Of a stretch of 64,000 nt of DNA, positions 42,989-51,951 are shown one piece after another (positions within the stretch are counted from its first letter, which is position 1; every line of letters begins with the position of its first letter). The stretch is from Deltaproteobacteria bacterium HGW-Deltaproteobacteria-14 (GTDB taxonomy: Bacteria; Myxococcota_A; UBA9042; PHBI01). A program made the position numbers and the translations under genes. The notes beneath the pieces were generated by a model. It saw nothing but the letters and a program-made list of their open reading frames with translations, had not been told where the DNA came from and made no database searches. The stretch lies in assembly GCA_002841945.1 (NCBI GenBank), contig PHBI01000012.1, forward strand, positions 4,169 to 68,168, given 5' to 3'.

Positions 42989-45900
42989 ATGGCCATGCTC
43001 CGTCACGCGTCTATCGCGAGCCTCGCCGGTTTCGCGGCTATCGCGCTCCTTCTCAGCTGGGCGCCGCTCGCGCACGCCGAGGGGGTGTCGTGGACCGTGG
43101 ACTTCACCGGGGACGCCGTGGCGCCCGGCTGGACGACCACCCTCACCGGCGGCGCCCGGATCGCCCACGAGCGCGCCGAGGCGCGCGAGGTCGACCAAGG
43201 AGTCCGGCTCTCGCGCACCCTGCCGTCACCGATGGAGCGCATCGAGGTCCGCTTCGTCGGTGAGCTCCGCGACGCCGCACGCGGCTCGTCGCTCGCCCTC
43301 GTCTTGGCCGGCGCCGCTGGCGCGATTCGCCTCGATCATCAGCACGGGGGCGACGTCGCCCCGGGCCAGAGCGTCGTGCGGGTGACGCTCCCCGAGGCGG
43401 CCGGGCCCGTCGACACACCGTCGGACACCCACGCCGAGCGCTTCCCGAGCTACCTCCACGAGGTCGTGTTGAGCGGCCGCGCGCTGACGGTGACCGTCAC
43501 GGACCTGCGGACCGGGGCGGTCGTGGCGTCGCTCGCGCGCGCCGACGTCGGCCTGCCGGCGAACGCCGTGAGCCTGATCGCGCTCGCGGTCGCGCACGTC
43601 GATGGCCCAGGCGCCACCTGGCTCGACGACGTCCACGTCGATCTCGCGCCGTCGCCCCTCGTCGCCGCCGTGTGTGGCCCGGACGACCCACCCACGAGCG
43701 CGGACTGCGACGGCGCGTGCGACGCCGTCGACCTCCCTGGGAGCCCCGACTGCGACGGGCTGTGCGGGGCCAACGACGACTTCGTCAGCCCGGACTGCGA
43801 TCCGCAGTGGTACTGCAACCACTTCCCGGGCGGGCCGTGCGACGACGGCGACCCGTGCACGACCGACGACAGCTGCCGGGCCGGGTCGCAGTGCAAGGGG
43901 GACCCGCGGGACTGCTCGGCGCTGACCGACCCGTGCAACGGCGCCGTGTGCGACGAGGACGCCGGCTACTGCAAGCGGGTGCCGATCAACATCGGCGCCG
44001 CCTGCGACGACCAGAACCCGTGCACCGTCGACGACCACTGCGACGCGACCGGGGCGTGCGCCAGCGACCCGAAGGACTGCTCGACCTTCGATGACATCTG
44101 CAACTCCGGCAGCTGCAACCACCTCGGGGTGTGCGAGACCGAGCCGATCAACGAGGGTGGCCCGTGCGACGACCACGATCCGTGCACCGTCGGCGACCTC
44201 TGCAACGCCGCCGGGGGCTGCGCCGGCGCCGCCGTGGACTGCTCGGGGCTCGATGACGCCTGCGTCGAGGGCTACTGCGACGCGGCGGGGAGCTGCCGGA
44301 CGACGCCGGTCAACGGCGGCGGCCCGTGCGACGACGGCGACCCGTGCACCCTGCTCGACGCCTGCGGCGCGGACGGCGTCTGCGCGGGCGGCGAGAAGGA
44401 TTGCTCGTCCCTCGACGACGCGTGCCACCTCGGCGCGTGCGACGACGGCGGGGCCTGCGGGGCGACGCCGGCCAACGCCGGCGGCGCGTGCGACGACGGC
44501 GATCCCTGTACGATCGGCGATCTGTGCGACGCCGCCGGCGGCTGCGCCGGGACGCCGGTCGACTGCTCGGGCCTCGATGGCGCGTGCAAGGTCGGGCAGT
44601 GCAACGCGAGCGGGGCGTGCGTCGCCGCGGCGGCCAACGTCGGCGGCGCGTGCGACGACGGTGACCCCTGCACCCTCGGCGACGCGTGCGGCAACGGCGG
44701 CGTGTGCGTCGGGGCCGGGATCGACTGCTCGGAGCTCGACGACCCGTGCCACGCCGGGACCTGCGACGGCGCGGGGGGCTGCGTCGCGCTGACCGCCAAC
44801 GCGGGGGGCGCGTGCGACGACCTCGACCCCTGCACCCGCGACGACGTGTGCGCAGCGGACGGCAGCTGCGCCGGCGTGGCCGATGACTGCGCCGAGCTCA
44901 CGACCGCGTGCAGCGTCGGCATGTGCGACGCGCAGGGCGGGTGCGTCGGGGTGCCCGCCAACCTCGGCGGCGGCTGCGACGACGGTGATCCGTGCACGGT
45001 CCTCGATGCCTGCGGCGCGGACGGCGGCTGCGCTGGGGTGGCCAAGGACTGTAGCGGCCTCGACGACGCGTGCCACGTCGGGACGTGTGACGCGAGCGGG
45101 GCCTGCGTGGCGGCGCCGGCGAACCTCGGCGCGACGTGCGACGACGGGGACGGGTGCACCGTGAACGACCGCTGCGGGGCAGGCGGCGGGTGCGCCGGGT
45201 CGCCGCGCGACTGCTCGGGGCTCGACGACACCTGCCACGAGGGGACCTGCGAGGCGGCCTCCGGGACCTGCGTCGCGACCCCGGCGCGGGTCGGCGGGGC
45301 GTGCTCGGACGCGGACCCGTGCACCGTCACCGACGTCTGCGGCGCGGACGGGGTGTGCGCGGGGAGCGCCATCGACTGCGCCGTCTCCGAGAGCCCGATC
45401 TGCAACCTCGCCGCGTGCAACCCCCTGCGCGACCTCGACGGCGACGGGGTCATCGACACCGCCGACGGCGATCCGCAGGATCCCACCGCGTGCGCCGACG
45501 CCGACGCGGACGGCTGCGACGACTGCGCGCTGACCGGGCCGGACGGCTCGGGTGGGGACGTCGCCCGGGACGGGCCGGACGCGGACGCCGACGGGGCCTG
45601 CGACGTCGGCGACGATGACGATGACGGCGACGGGATCGACGACGACGACGAGGCGGCTGCCGGCTCCGATCCGTACGACGCCGACACCGACGGGGACGGG
45701 CTCGCCGACGGGGACGAGGTCGCTGCGGGGACGAGCCCGGTCGATGTGGACAGCGACGACGACGGCCTGTCGGACTCCGACGAGCTCAGCGGCGGCGGGC
45801 GGCTCGCGCCCTGGGGCGCGACCGATCCGACCGATCCGGACAGCGACGGCGACGGGCTGCTCGACGGCCTCGAGGTGGGGGTGACGGCGCCGATCCCGGG

Positions 45901-46258
45901 GGGGCACCTGAGCGTCGGCCCGGCGCCGGTCGAGGCGCGCGGCACCGATCTCGACCGCGGCGTCTTCCGGGCCGACGCCGACCCGTCGTCGATCACCGAC
46001 CCGACCTCGGTCGACACCGACGGCGGCACCGTCCCCGACGGGATCGAGGACGTGAACCGCGACGGGGCCGTCGACCACGGCGAGCGCAACCCGGTGGACC
46101 CGACCGACGACGTCCCGGTGGTCACGACGCCGAAGGACGGCGGCGGGTGTGCAGGCGCAGGCGGGCAGGGCGCCGCGGGCGCGCTGGCGCTGGCGCTGCT
46201 GGCGCTCGCGGCGACGCGGAGGCGCCTGGCTCGCGTCCGCCGCTCGCGCTCCCGCTAG
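42989..46258 (+). CDS. Large cell-surface protein with about 11 myxococcal cysteine-rich repeats, thrombospondin-type-3-like Asp-rich calcium-binding repeats, and a MYXO-CTERM-like sorting tail.
   Basis: Signal MAMLRHASIASLAGFAAIALLLSWAPLAHA. The start is uncertain; 42938 and 42965 are alternatives. Repeats of the form DCSxLDDxCxxGxCDxxGxCxxxPxNxGGxCDDGDPCTxxDxCGxDGxCAG. Asp-rich segment DxDGDGxxDxxD. C-terminus GGGCAGAGGQGAAGALALALLALAATRRRLARVRRSRSR. Confidence 0.85.
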   Translation: MAMLRHASIASLAGFAAIALLLSWAPLAHAEGVSWTVDFTGDAVAPGWTTTLTGGARIAHERAEAREVDQGVRLSRTLPSPMERIEVRFVGELRDAARGSSLALVLAGAAGAIRLDHQHGGDVAPGQSVVRVTLPEAAGPVDTPSDTHAERFPSYLHEVVLSGRALTVTVTDLRTGAVVASLARADVGLPANAVSLIALAVAHVDGPGATWLDDVHVDLAPSPLVAAVCGPDDPPTSADCDGACDAVDLPGSPDCDGLCGANDDFVSPDCDPQWYCNHFPGGPCDDGDPCTTDDSCRAGSQCKGDPRDCSALTDPCNGAVCDEDAGYCKRVPINIGAACDDQNPCTVDDHCDATGACASDPKDCSTFDDICNSGSCNHLGVCETEPINEGGPCDDHDPCTVGDLCNAAGGCAGAAVDCSGLDDACVEGYCDAAGSCRTTPVNGGGPCDDGDPCTLLDACGADGVCAGGEKDCSSLDDACHLGACDDGGACGATPANAGGACDDGDPCTIGDLCDAAGGCAGTPVDCSGLDGACKVGQCNASGACVAAAANVGGACDDGDPCTLGDACGNGGVCVGAGIDCSELDDPCHAGTCDGAGGCVALTANAGGACDDLDPCTRDDVCAADGSCAGVADDCAELTTACSVGMCDAQGGCVGVPANLGGGCDDGDPCTVLDACGADGGCAGVAKDCSGLDDACHVGTCDASGACVAAPANLGATCDDGDGCTVNDRCGAGGGCAGSPRDCSGLDDTCHEGTCEAASGTCVATPARVGGACSDADPCTVTDVCGADGVCAGSAIDCAVSESPICNLAACNPLRDLDGDGVIDTADGDPQDPTACADADADGCDDCALTGPDGSGGDVARDGPDADADGACDVGDDDDDGDGIDDDDEAAAGSDPYDADTDGDGLADGDEVAAGTSPVDVDSDDDGLSDSDELSGGGRLAPWGATDPTDPDSDGDGLLDGLEVGVTAPIPGGHLSVGPAPVEARGTDLDRGVFRADADPSSITDPTSVDTDGGTVPDGIEDVNRDGAVDHGERNPVDPTDDVPVVTTPKDGGGCAGAGGQGAAGALALALLALAATRRRLARVRRSRSR
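43890..45420 (+). repeat. Tandem coding repeats of about 135 bp each, roughly 11 copies, encoding the cysteine-rich repeat units.
   Basis: Period of about 45 aa visible in the translation. Recurring DNA blocks such as gcgtgcgacgacggcgacccgtgcacc. Confidence 0.8.
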
Positions 46259-46260
46259 AC

Positions 46261-48060
46261 CTATCGCAGGGCGACGAAGGCGAAGCCCCGCGCCCCGAGG
46301 GGGGGCACGGTGATGGCGCCCGCGCGCGTGGCGAAGGGGCCGGTGACGCCCTCCGAGAACAAGAGCCTCGGGACGCCGGTCACCGGCGCGTCGAAGGCCT
46401 CGCTGGGCTCGCGGTCGAGGTTCACGACGACCAACACCCGCTCCCCGGCCGCCTCGCGGACGAAGGCCACGCTGCCCTTGCCGCCGGTGACCTCGAGCCG
46501 CCGCTGGGTCCCCCAGCGCAGCGCCGGGTGGGCGTGTCGCAGCGCAATAAGACGGCGGTAGAGGCTCAGCAGTGAGCCCTCGTCCTTGAGTTGCGATGCA
46601 ACATCGACGACGCCGGCCTCGTCCGGGACGGCGAACCACGGGGTGCCGGTCGTGAAGCCCACCCCCGGGGTCTCCTTGGTCCAGCGCATCGGCGTGCGCT
46701 TGTTCTCGTCCGCGCCGCTCTCGCCGCCCTGCATCCCGATCTCCTCGCCGTAGTACATGAAGGGCGTCCCCTCCCAGGCCATCAGCAGCGCCGCGGCGAG
46801 GCGCATCCCGGCGGCGTCCCCGTCGAGCTGCCGCATCACCCGGGGCATGTCGTGGTTGGTCAAAAACGGCGCCTCGAAGCCCGGATCCGCGGCGAAGACG
46901 GTGGCCGCCTTGTCGAGCATCTGGTTGAGGTCGGAGCGCACGCCGTCCTTCACCGCCGCGCGGATCTTGTCCGCGGTGTTGAAGGAGAAGCCGAGGTGAA
47001 ACTCGTCACCGTCGCCGTAGTAGAGCACCTGGTCCTCGGCGCCGCTCCACGCCTCGGCGACGATCACGGCGTCCGGGTGCTCGGCGTCGAGCACCTTGCG
47101 AAAGCGCTTCAAGAACGGGTGGTTACCCTCGAAGTCCGCGACCTTGCCCTCGGGCCCCTCGAAGAGGTGGCGCACGGCGTCGACCCGGAACCCGTCCTGC
47201 CCGCGGTCGAGCCAGAAGCGCGCCGCGTGCATCATCGCGTCCTCGACCTCGGAGTCGCCGAGGTTCAGGTCGGGCATCTCGCTCCAGAAGATCGCGTAGT
47301 AGTACCAGTCGCCGAGCTGGTGCCAGACGGGCGACCCGTCCCACGGTCGCTTCCACCCCTTGGGCGGCGTCTTGACCCAGCTGTAGAACGCGCGCTTGGC
47401 CGCGTCCGGGCCCGCCTTGGCGTCGAGGAACCACGGGTGCTGGCTCGAGCTGTGGTTGAGCACGAAGTCGGTGATGATCCGGATCCCGCGCTGATGCGCG
47501 GCGGCGATGAGCTTGTCGTAGGTGGCGAGGGTCCCGTAGTCGGGGTTGATCCCCTCGTAGTCCGTCACGTCGTAGCCGTGGTAGCTCGGCGACGGGTTGA
47601 TGGGCATCAGCCACAGCGCGTCCACGCCGAGGTCGTTGCCGCCGCTCGGGTCGCCGTCGTTGAGGTAGTCGAGCTTGTCGATGAGCCCCTGGAGGTCGCC
47701 CTTTCCGTCGCCGTCGGAGTCCGCGAAGCTGCGCACGAAGATCTCGTAGAACACCGCCCCGCGCCACCACGGTTGGGCCGGCGGCGCGGCGGTCGCGGTC
47801 GTGTCGGCCGGCTCGAGGGCGAGCGCCGCGTCCGCGACGGCCACGGCCGGCGTCGCCGCGTCGGCCTCCGGGGCGGGCGCGACGGTCTCGAGGGCGGGGG
47901 CCGCGGTCGCCTCGGGCGGCGGCGTCCGGACCGGCGGCTTGTCGCCTTCGCTCTTGCATGAAGAAGTGGCGAATAGGGTGGCGATGGCGAGTGCAGAAGC
48001 CGTTATTGCGCGATTCGCAACTGCGACATGGTCGCGCGTCGTGCCACGAGCAGCGTTCAT
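46261..48060 (-). CDS. GH13 alpha-amylase-family lipoprotein of the alpha-glucosidase / cyclomaltodextrinase / oligo-1,6-glucosidase type.
   Basis: Start trimmed to ATG 48060 with RBS GGAGGA. Signal ...AITASALAIATLFATSSC. GH13 regions WRGAVFYEIFVRSFADSDGDGKGDLQG, YHGYDVTDY, IRIITDFVLNHSS and GFRVDAVRHL. Its stop lies 2 bp from the stop of the convergent surface-protein gene. Confidence 0.85.
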   Translation of the reverse strand: MNAARGTTRDHVAVANRAITASALAIATLFATSSCKSEGDKPPVRTPPPEATAAPALETVAPAPEADAATPAVAVADAALALEPADTTATAAPPAQPWWRGAVFYEIFVRSFADSDGDGKGDLQGLIDKLDYLNDGDPSGGNDLGVDALWLMPINPSPSYHGYDVTDYEGINPDYGTLATYDKLIAAAHQRGIRIITDFVLNHSSSQHPWFLDAKAGPDAAKRAFYSWVKTPPKGWKRPWDGSPVWHQLGDWYYYAIFWSEMPDLNLGDSEVEDAMMHAARFWLDRGQDGFRVDAVRHLFEGPEGKVADFEGNHPFLKRFRKVLDAEHPDAVIVAEAWSGAEDQVLYYGDGDEFHLGFSFNTADKIRAAVKDGVRSDLNQMLDKAATVFAADPGFEAPFLTNHDMPRVMRQLDGDAAGMRLAAALLMAWEGTPFMYYGEEIGMQGGESGADENKRTPMRWTKETPGVGFTTGTPWFAVPDEAGVVDVASQLKDEGSLLSLYRRLIALRHAHPALRWGTQRRLEVTGGKGSVAFVREAAGERVLVVVNLDREPSEAFDAPVTGVPRLLFSEGVTGPFATRAGAITVPPLGARGFAFVALR

Positions 48061-48209
48061 GGGTCCTCCGGTGCGCGGGGCTCCCGTCCAACGCCAGCTA
48101 CTCGTTGCGGCGGCGGCCCGACGACGGCATGGTGTCGCGAGGTTGGGCGGGACGCAACCGATCTCCACGCGGCGGGTCGCGTCGAGGGAACCCTGGTCGG
48201 AGGCTGACG

Positions 48210-49799
48210 ATGCGCGGGCAGTTCACACTCTTCTTCACGGCGCCCGGGCGCCGCTTGGCCCTCGCGGCGCTGCTGGCGCTAGCGGGCTGTGGCTCGGACC
48301 CTGCGGTGCCGGCAGACACCGGCGTCGACAGCGTCGGCAGCGACACGGCCGACGGGACGAGCGCCGACACCGCGACGCCCATCGGCGACGAGACCTACTT
48401 CCCGGTCCCCCCGCCGGCCGGGCCGGTCCCGGAGTCGCTCACCGGCGCCCGCTGGGCCGTCCACTACACCGACGACGTCGCCCCCTTCTGGACCGCGGCC
48501 GAGGCGCTCGGGACGCCGGTCGGGAACTTCCCGACCTATCGCGGGATGGACGGCCGGGTGCTGCCGAGGAGCGAGCGCCGCCCGCGCATGATCTCGCGCC
48601 AGATCCTCGGTTACGCGCTCGGCTACCTGCTGACGGGGGACGTGCAGCTGCTCGAGCACGCGCAGGCGGGGTCCGACTGGCTGCGCGCCCACGCCATCGA
48701 CCGCACCAAGGGCGGCTGCCGCGAGCTGCTCAACGTCGACGGCGGCGACGTCGGCTCGGTGCGGACCGCGCAGGACCTGTCCTATTGCATGACCGGGCTG
48801 GCGGCGCTCTTCTTCGTGACCCGCGACCCGGCGCTCGAGGCTGACCTCGAGTCCGCTCGCGGCTGGCTCTTCGATCCCGCGAAGTACTGGGACGCCGACA
48901 ACGACCGGATCCGCGACGGGCTGGCGGCGGACATGTCCACCGAGGTGGACGTGGACAACGACGGTGGCTGGGAGCTCGTCGCGCAGCTCGACCCGGTCAA
49001 CGCCTTCATGCTGCTCGCGCAGCCGGTGATGTCGACGCCTCAGGCGCGCGAGCGCTTCCTGACCGGCCTCCGCACCCTCGTGCAGACGATGGTCGACGAC
49101 TTCCGCCAGGACGGCCTCTTCTGGGGTGTGTCGACGAACAAGGGCAAGTACGGCACCAAGCACGTCGACTGGGGGCACATCCTCAAGAGCTACTGGATGG
49201 TCCTGCAGGTGGACAAGCGCCTCGCCGACCACCCGTTCCACGACGTCGTCTTCGACCAGGTCTACACCCTCGTCGACCGCGCCTACGACGCCGACAACGG
49301 GCGCTGGTCCAAGCGCCCGACCAGCGCGACCAACGTCGAGTACGGCAGCGACTGGTGGATCTACGCCGAGGAGGACCAGCTCGCGGCGACCCTCGACCTC
49401 ATCGACCACCGCTACACCGAGACCCTGGCCGCGACCGCCGGTCACTGGCTGAGCGACTACGTAGACGGGGCCTACGAGATCGGCGAGATCATCCCCGGGA
49501 TCAAGCGCGACGGCTCGCCGGTCTGGACCTGGCCGGCGACCGACAGCGCCAAGTGCAACGAGTGGAAGAACGCCTTCCACTCGAGCGAGCATGCGCTCGT
49601 GATGGGGCTCCTCGGGCAGTACCGCGACGACGGCGAGGTGGAGCTGCACTTCGCCGTGCCCGCGGCCGACGTCGAGACCTTCATCGCGAAGCCCTACACC
49701 TTCGAGGGCCGCGTCGTCGCGCGCCAGGCCGGCGAGACCTTCACCCTCGGCGGCCGCGAGCTGACCAAGGTCACGGTGACCTTCACCGACATCTACTGA
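48210..49799 (+). CDS. Lipoprotein with a D/T-rich linker. Hypothetical; possibly an (alpha/alpha)6-like carbohydrate-active fold.
   Basis: Start trimmed to ATG 48210. Signal MRGQFTLFFTAPGRRLALAALLALAGCGSDP followed by DTGVDSVGSDTADGTSADT. 529 aa, rich in aromatic residues. No motif confidently recognised. Confidence 0.65.
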   Translation: MRGQFTLFFTAPGRRLALAALLALAGCGSDPAVPADTGVDSVGSDTADGTSADTATPIGDETYFPVPPPAGPVPESLTGARWAVHYTDDVAPFWTAAEALGTPVGNFPTYRGMDGRVLPRSERRPRMISRQILGYALGYLLTGDVQLLEHAQAGSDWLRAHAIDRTKGGCRELLNVDGGDVGSVRTAQDLSYCMTGLAALFFVTRDPALEADLESARGWLFDPAKYWDADNDRIRDGLAADMSTEVDVDNDGGWELVAQLDPVNAFMLLAQPVMSTPQARERFLTGLRTLVQTMVDDFRQDGLFWGVSTNKGKYGTKHVDWGHILKSYWMVLQVDKRLADHPFHDVVFDQVYTLVDRAYDADNGRWSKRPTSATNVEYGSDWWIYAEEDQLAATLDLIDHRYTETLAATAGHWLSDYVDGAYEIGEIIPGIKRDGSPVWTWPATDSAKCNEWKNAFHSSEHALVMGLLGQYRDDGEVELHFAVPAADVETFIAKPYTFEGRVVARQAGETFTLGGRELTKVTVTFTDIY

Positions 49800-49850
49800 G
49801 GATGACCGCACGCCGGGAGCGCGCGGTCGGGATGACCGCGCGCTGGGAGG

Positions 49851-50480
49851 TCAGTCGAGGTACAGGCCGCCGGTCGACTCGAGCCAGTCGGCGATCTCGT
49901 CGGCGGCCTGGGCGGGGTCGAGGTCGGAGACGTCGAGCTCGAGGTGGTCGAGCAGCGAGGCGCGGACGACATCGCGCAGGCGCTCCTGCTCGGCGATGAA
50001 GTAGCCGATGTCGTCGTACTGAGCCGGGTTGCCGCTGACCTTCAGGCGCTGCGTCCGGGCGGCCTCGAAGGTCTCGGGTCGGCGGGTCAGGAGCACGACG
50101 CGGAAGTTCAGGGCGCGCAGGCGCCGCTCGAGGTCGGTGAAGTCGTACTCGACGCCGTGGGTGTGGTGCTGGAACGCCTTCGCCGAGAGGTGGAAGCGGT
50201 CGATGATCCACGAGTAGTAGCGCTGCAGCTCGAAGAGCCGCGCCCAGGTGGCGTAGGCCTCCATCGCGCGGAACGCCTCGTCGGGCGCGAAGTTGATGAG
50301 CCCGCGCCCCCAGGGGTGGTTCGTGAAGCCACACCACTCGCCGCTGATGATCGGCGAGTGATAGCGGTACTTGCGCGGGCCCACGATCCGCGGGTGCTCG
50401 TTGAGCGCGAAGGCCGTGTCCGTCTTGAAGGTCAGGCGTGTGCCTTCGAGGATCACCTTCGGGACGAGCTTCCGACCCAT
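49851..50480 (-). CDS. Hypothetical cytoplasmic protein at the tail of the mal-like operon.
   Basis: 209-aa ORF with protein-like composition. Lies 4 bp downstream of the membrane-protein gene. Weak resemblance to sulfotransferase-like proteins, not supported by motifs. Confidence 0.55.
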   Translation of the reverse strand: MGRKLVPKVILEGTRLTFKTDTAFALNEHPRIVGPRKYRYHSPIISGEWCGFTNHPWGRGLINFAPDEAFRAMEAYATWARLFELQRYYSWIIDRFHLSAKAFQHHTHGVEYDFTDLERRLRALNFRVVLLTRRPETFEAARTQRLKVSGNPAQYDDIGYFIAEQERLRDVVRASLLDHLELDVSDLDPAQAADEIADWLESTGGLYLD

Positions 50481-50484
50481 GGCG

Positions 50485-51066
50485 TCAGCTCGCCGCCGCC
50501 GGTCGGGCCGGGGTCCAGCCCGACTCGCGGCGCAAGGTGTCGAAGGTCATGAGCTGCGCGACGTAGCCGACCGCGTAGGCGGCGACCACGAGGACGTCGA
50601 CGTGGCCCGCGATCATCGTCAGCAGCGCCAGCAGCGCGGCGCCACCCCACACGGCGGCGGTGACGACGTGGTGCCGCTCGCGCTCCTCGGTGCGGAGCAG
50701 GCCCCAGGCGCCGAACACGCCGGCGAGCAGGACCATGAACAGCAGGACGTCGACGGCGGTCGTCGCGGCGCTCGCGTCCCCGAAGTTGGGGCGGACCGAG
50801 GCGTAGATCCAGGTCGCCATGAGCGGCCCGAGGAGGACCGACCAGGCGCCGATGAGCGCGCGGAGCGAGCCGTCGGGGGCGGCGTGGTTGAGCACCACCC
50901 CGGCCGCGATGGGCAGCCCACACACCAAGATGATCGGCAGCGGGGCGGAGGGGCCGCTCCCGAGCGCGACCACGCCGAGGAAGAGGCCGTAGGCCGCGAG
51001 CGCGCCGAGCTGCCCCACGAGCAGCATGACGACCTCGGGGACGTTGCCCTGGAGTCGCGCCTTCAT
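50485..51066 (-). CDS. Integral membrane protein with 4-5 transmembrane helices. Hypothetical.
   Basis: 193 aa with multiple hydrophobic helices (LLVGQLGALAAYGLFLGVVALG, LPIILVCGLPIAAGVVL, VDVLLFMVLLAGVFGAWGLL, ...). Lies 21 bp after malG. Confidence 0.6.
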   Translation of the reverse strand: MKARLQGNVPEVVMLLVGQLGALAAYGLFLGVVALGSGPSAPLPIILVCGLPIAAGVVLNHAAPDGSLRALIGAWSVLLGPLMATWIYASVRPNFGDASAATTAVDVLLFMVLLAGVFGAWGLLRTEERERHHVVTAAVWGGAALLALLTMIAGHVDVLVVAAYAVGYVAQLMTFDTLRRESGWTPARPAAAS

Positions 51067-51087
51067 CGCGTCACCTTGTGCATTGCG

Positions 51088-51951
51088 TCACCCCTTTACG
51101 CCGCCGGAGGTGAGGCCGCCGACGAGGTTCTTTTGCAGTGCGAAGAAGAGCGCCATGATCGGGATCGAGACGATGATGGACGCCGCGGCGAACTTGCCCC
51201 ACTCGACCGACTGCTCGCCGACGTAGCTGTAGACGGTCACCGGGAGGGTGAACGCCGTGGGCTCTTCCATGAACGTGAAGGCGAGGACGAACTCGTTCCA
51301 CGCGGTCATGAACGAGAACAGCGCCGTGACGGCGACGGCCGGCATCGAGAGCGGCAGGATGATACGCCAGAAGATGGTGAACTGGCTGGCGCCGTCCATG
51401 ATGGCGCTCTCCTCGAGGTCCTTCGGGATGGTGTCGAAGTAGCCCTTGAGCATCCAGACGCAGAACGGGATGGCGATCGTGGCGTAGACGACGACGAGGC
51501 CGAAGGAGGCGTTGAGGAGGCCGAGGGCCTCGAGGATGAGGTAGAGCGGCACCATCATCAGCACGCCGGGGAACATCTGGCTGACGAGGAAGGCCATGAG
51601 GCCCGCCTTGCGCCCCGGGAAGCGGAAGCGGCTGAAGGCGTAGGCGGCGGTGGTCGCCAAGAAGATGCCGAGCACCGTCGTGGCGATGGCGATGACCGCG
51701 GAGTTCAGCAGCTGGCGGCCGAAGAGCCAGTCGCCCTGGGCGCTGGTGTTGGTGACGACGGCCACGAAGTTGTCGAGGCTGAGCTCGCGCGGGATCGGGT
51801 TGAGCGACGGGCTCATGCCGGAGTCGCCCGGCGAGAACGCGATGCGCATCACGATGAGGAGCGGATACATCGTGACCAGGGTCACGGCTCCGAGGACGCC
51901 GTGGGTCGCGATGCTGCCCCAGGGGCTCCTGCGAGTGGTCGCGGTGCTCAT
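51088..51951 (-). CDS. malG: Maltose/maltodextrin-type sugar ABC transporter permease, MalG-like.
   Basis: The 603-aa track ORF is trimmed to the ATG at 51951, which gives MSTATTRRSPW.... EAA loop DLEESAIMDGAS. Six TM segments. ATGA overlap with the malF-like stop. Confidence 0.9.
   Translation of the reverse strand: MSTATTRRSPWGSIATHGVLGAVTLVTMYPLLIVMRIAFSPGDSGMSPSLNPIPRELSLDNFVAVVTNTSAQGDWLFGRQLLNSAVIAIATTVLGIFLATTAAYAFSRFRFPGRKAGLMAFLVSQMFPGVLMMVPLYLILEALGLLNASFGLVVVYATIAIPFCVWMLKGYFDTIPKDLEESAIMDGASQFTIFWRIILPLSMPAVAVTALFSFMTAWNEFVLAFTFMEEPTAFTLPVTVYSYVGEQSVEWGKFAAASIIVSIPIMALFFALQKNLVGGLTSGGVKG

Noticed and set aside
43890-45420. Possibility that the 135-bp tandem repeats are a CRISPR-like or non-coding array.
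   Set aside because: The repeats are in frame within a 1.1-kaa ORF. They encode a regular four-Cys module, and the units are far longer than CRISPR repeats with no unique spacers.
49851-50480. Calling the 209-aa protein a sulfotransferase.
   Set aside because: There is only a vague resemblance to Stf0-like sequences and no 5'-PSB/P-loop-like motif, so it is left as hypothetical.
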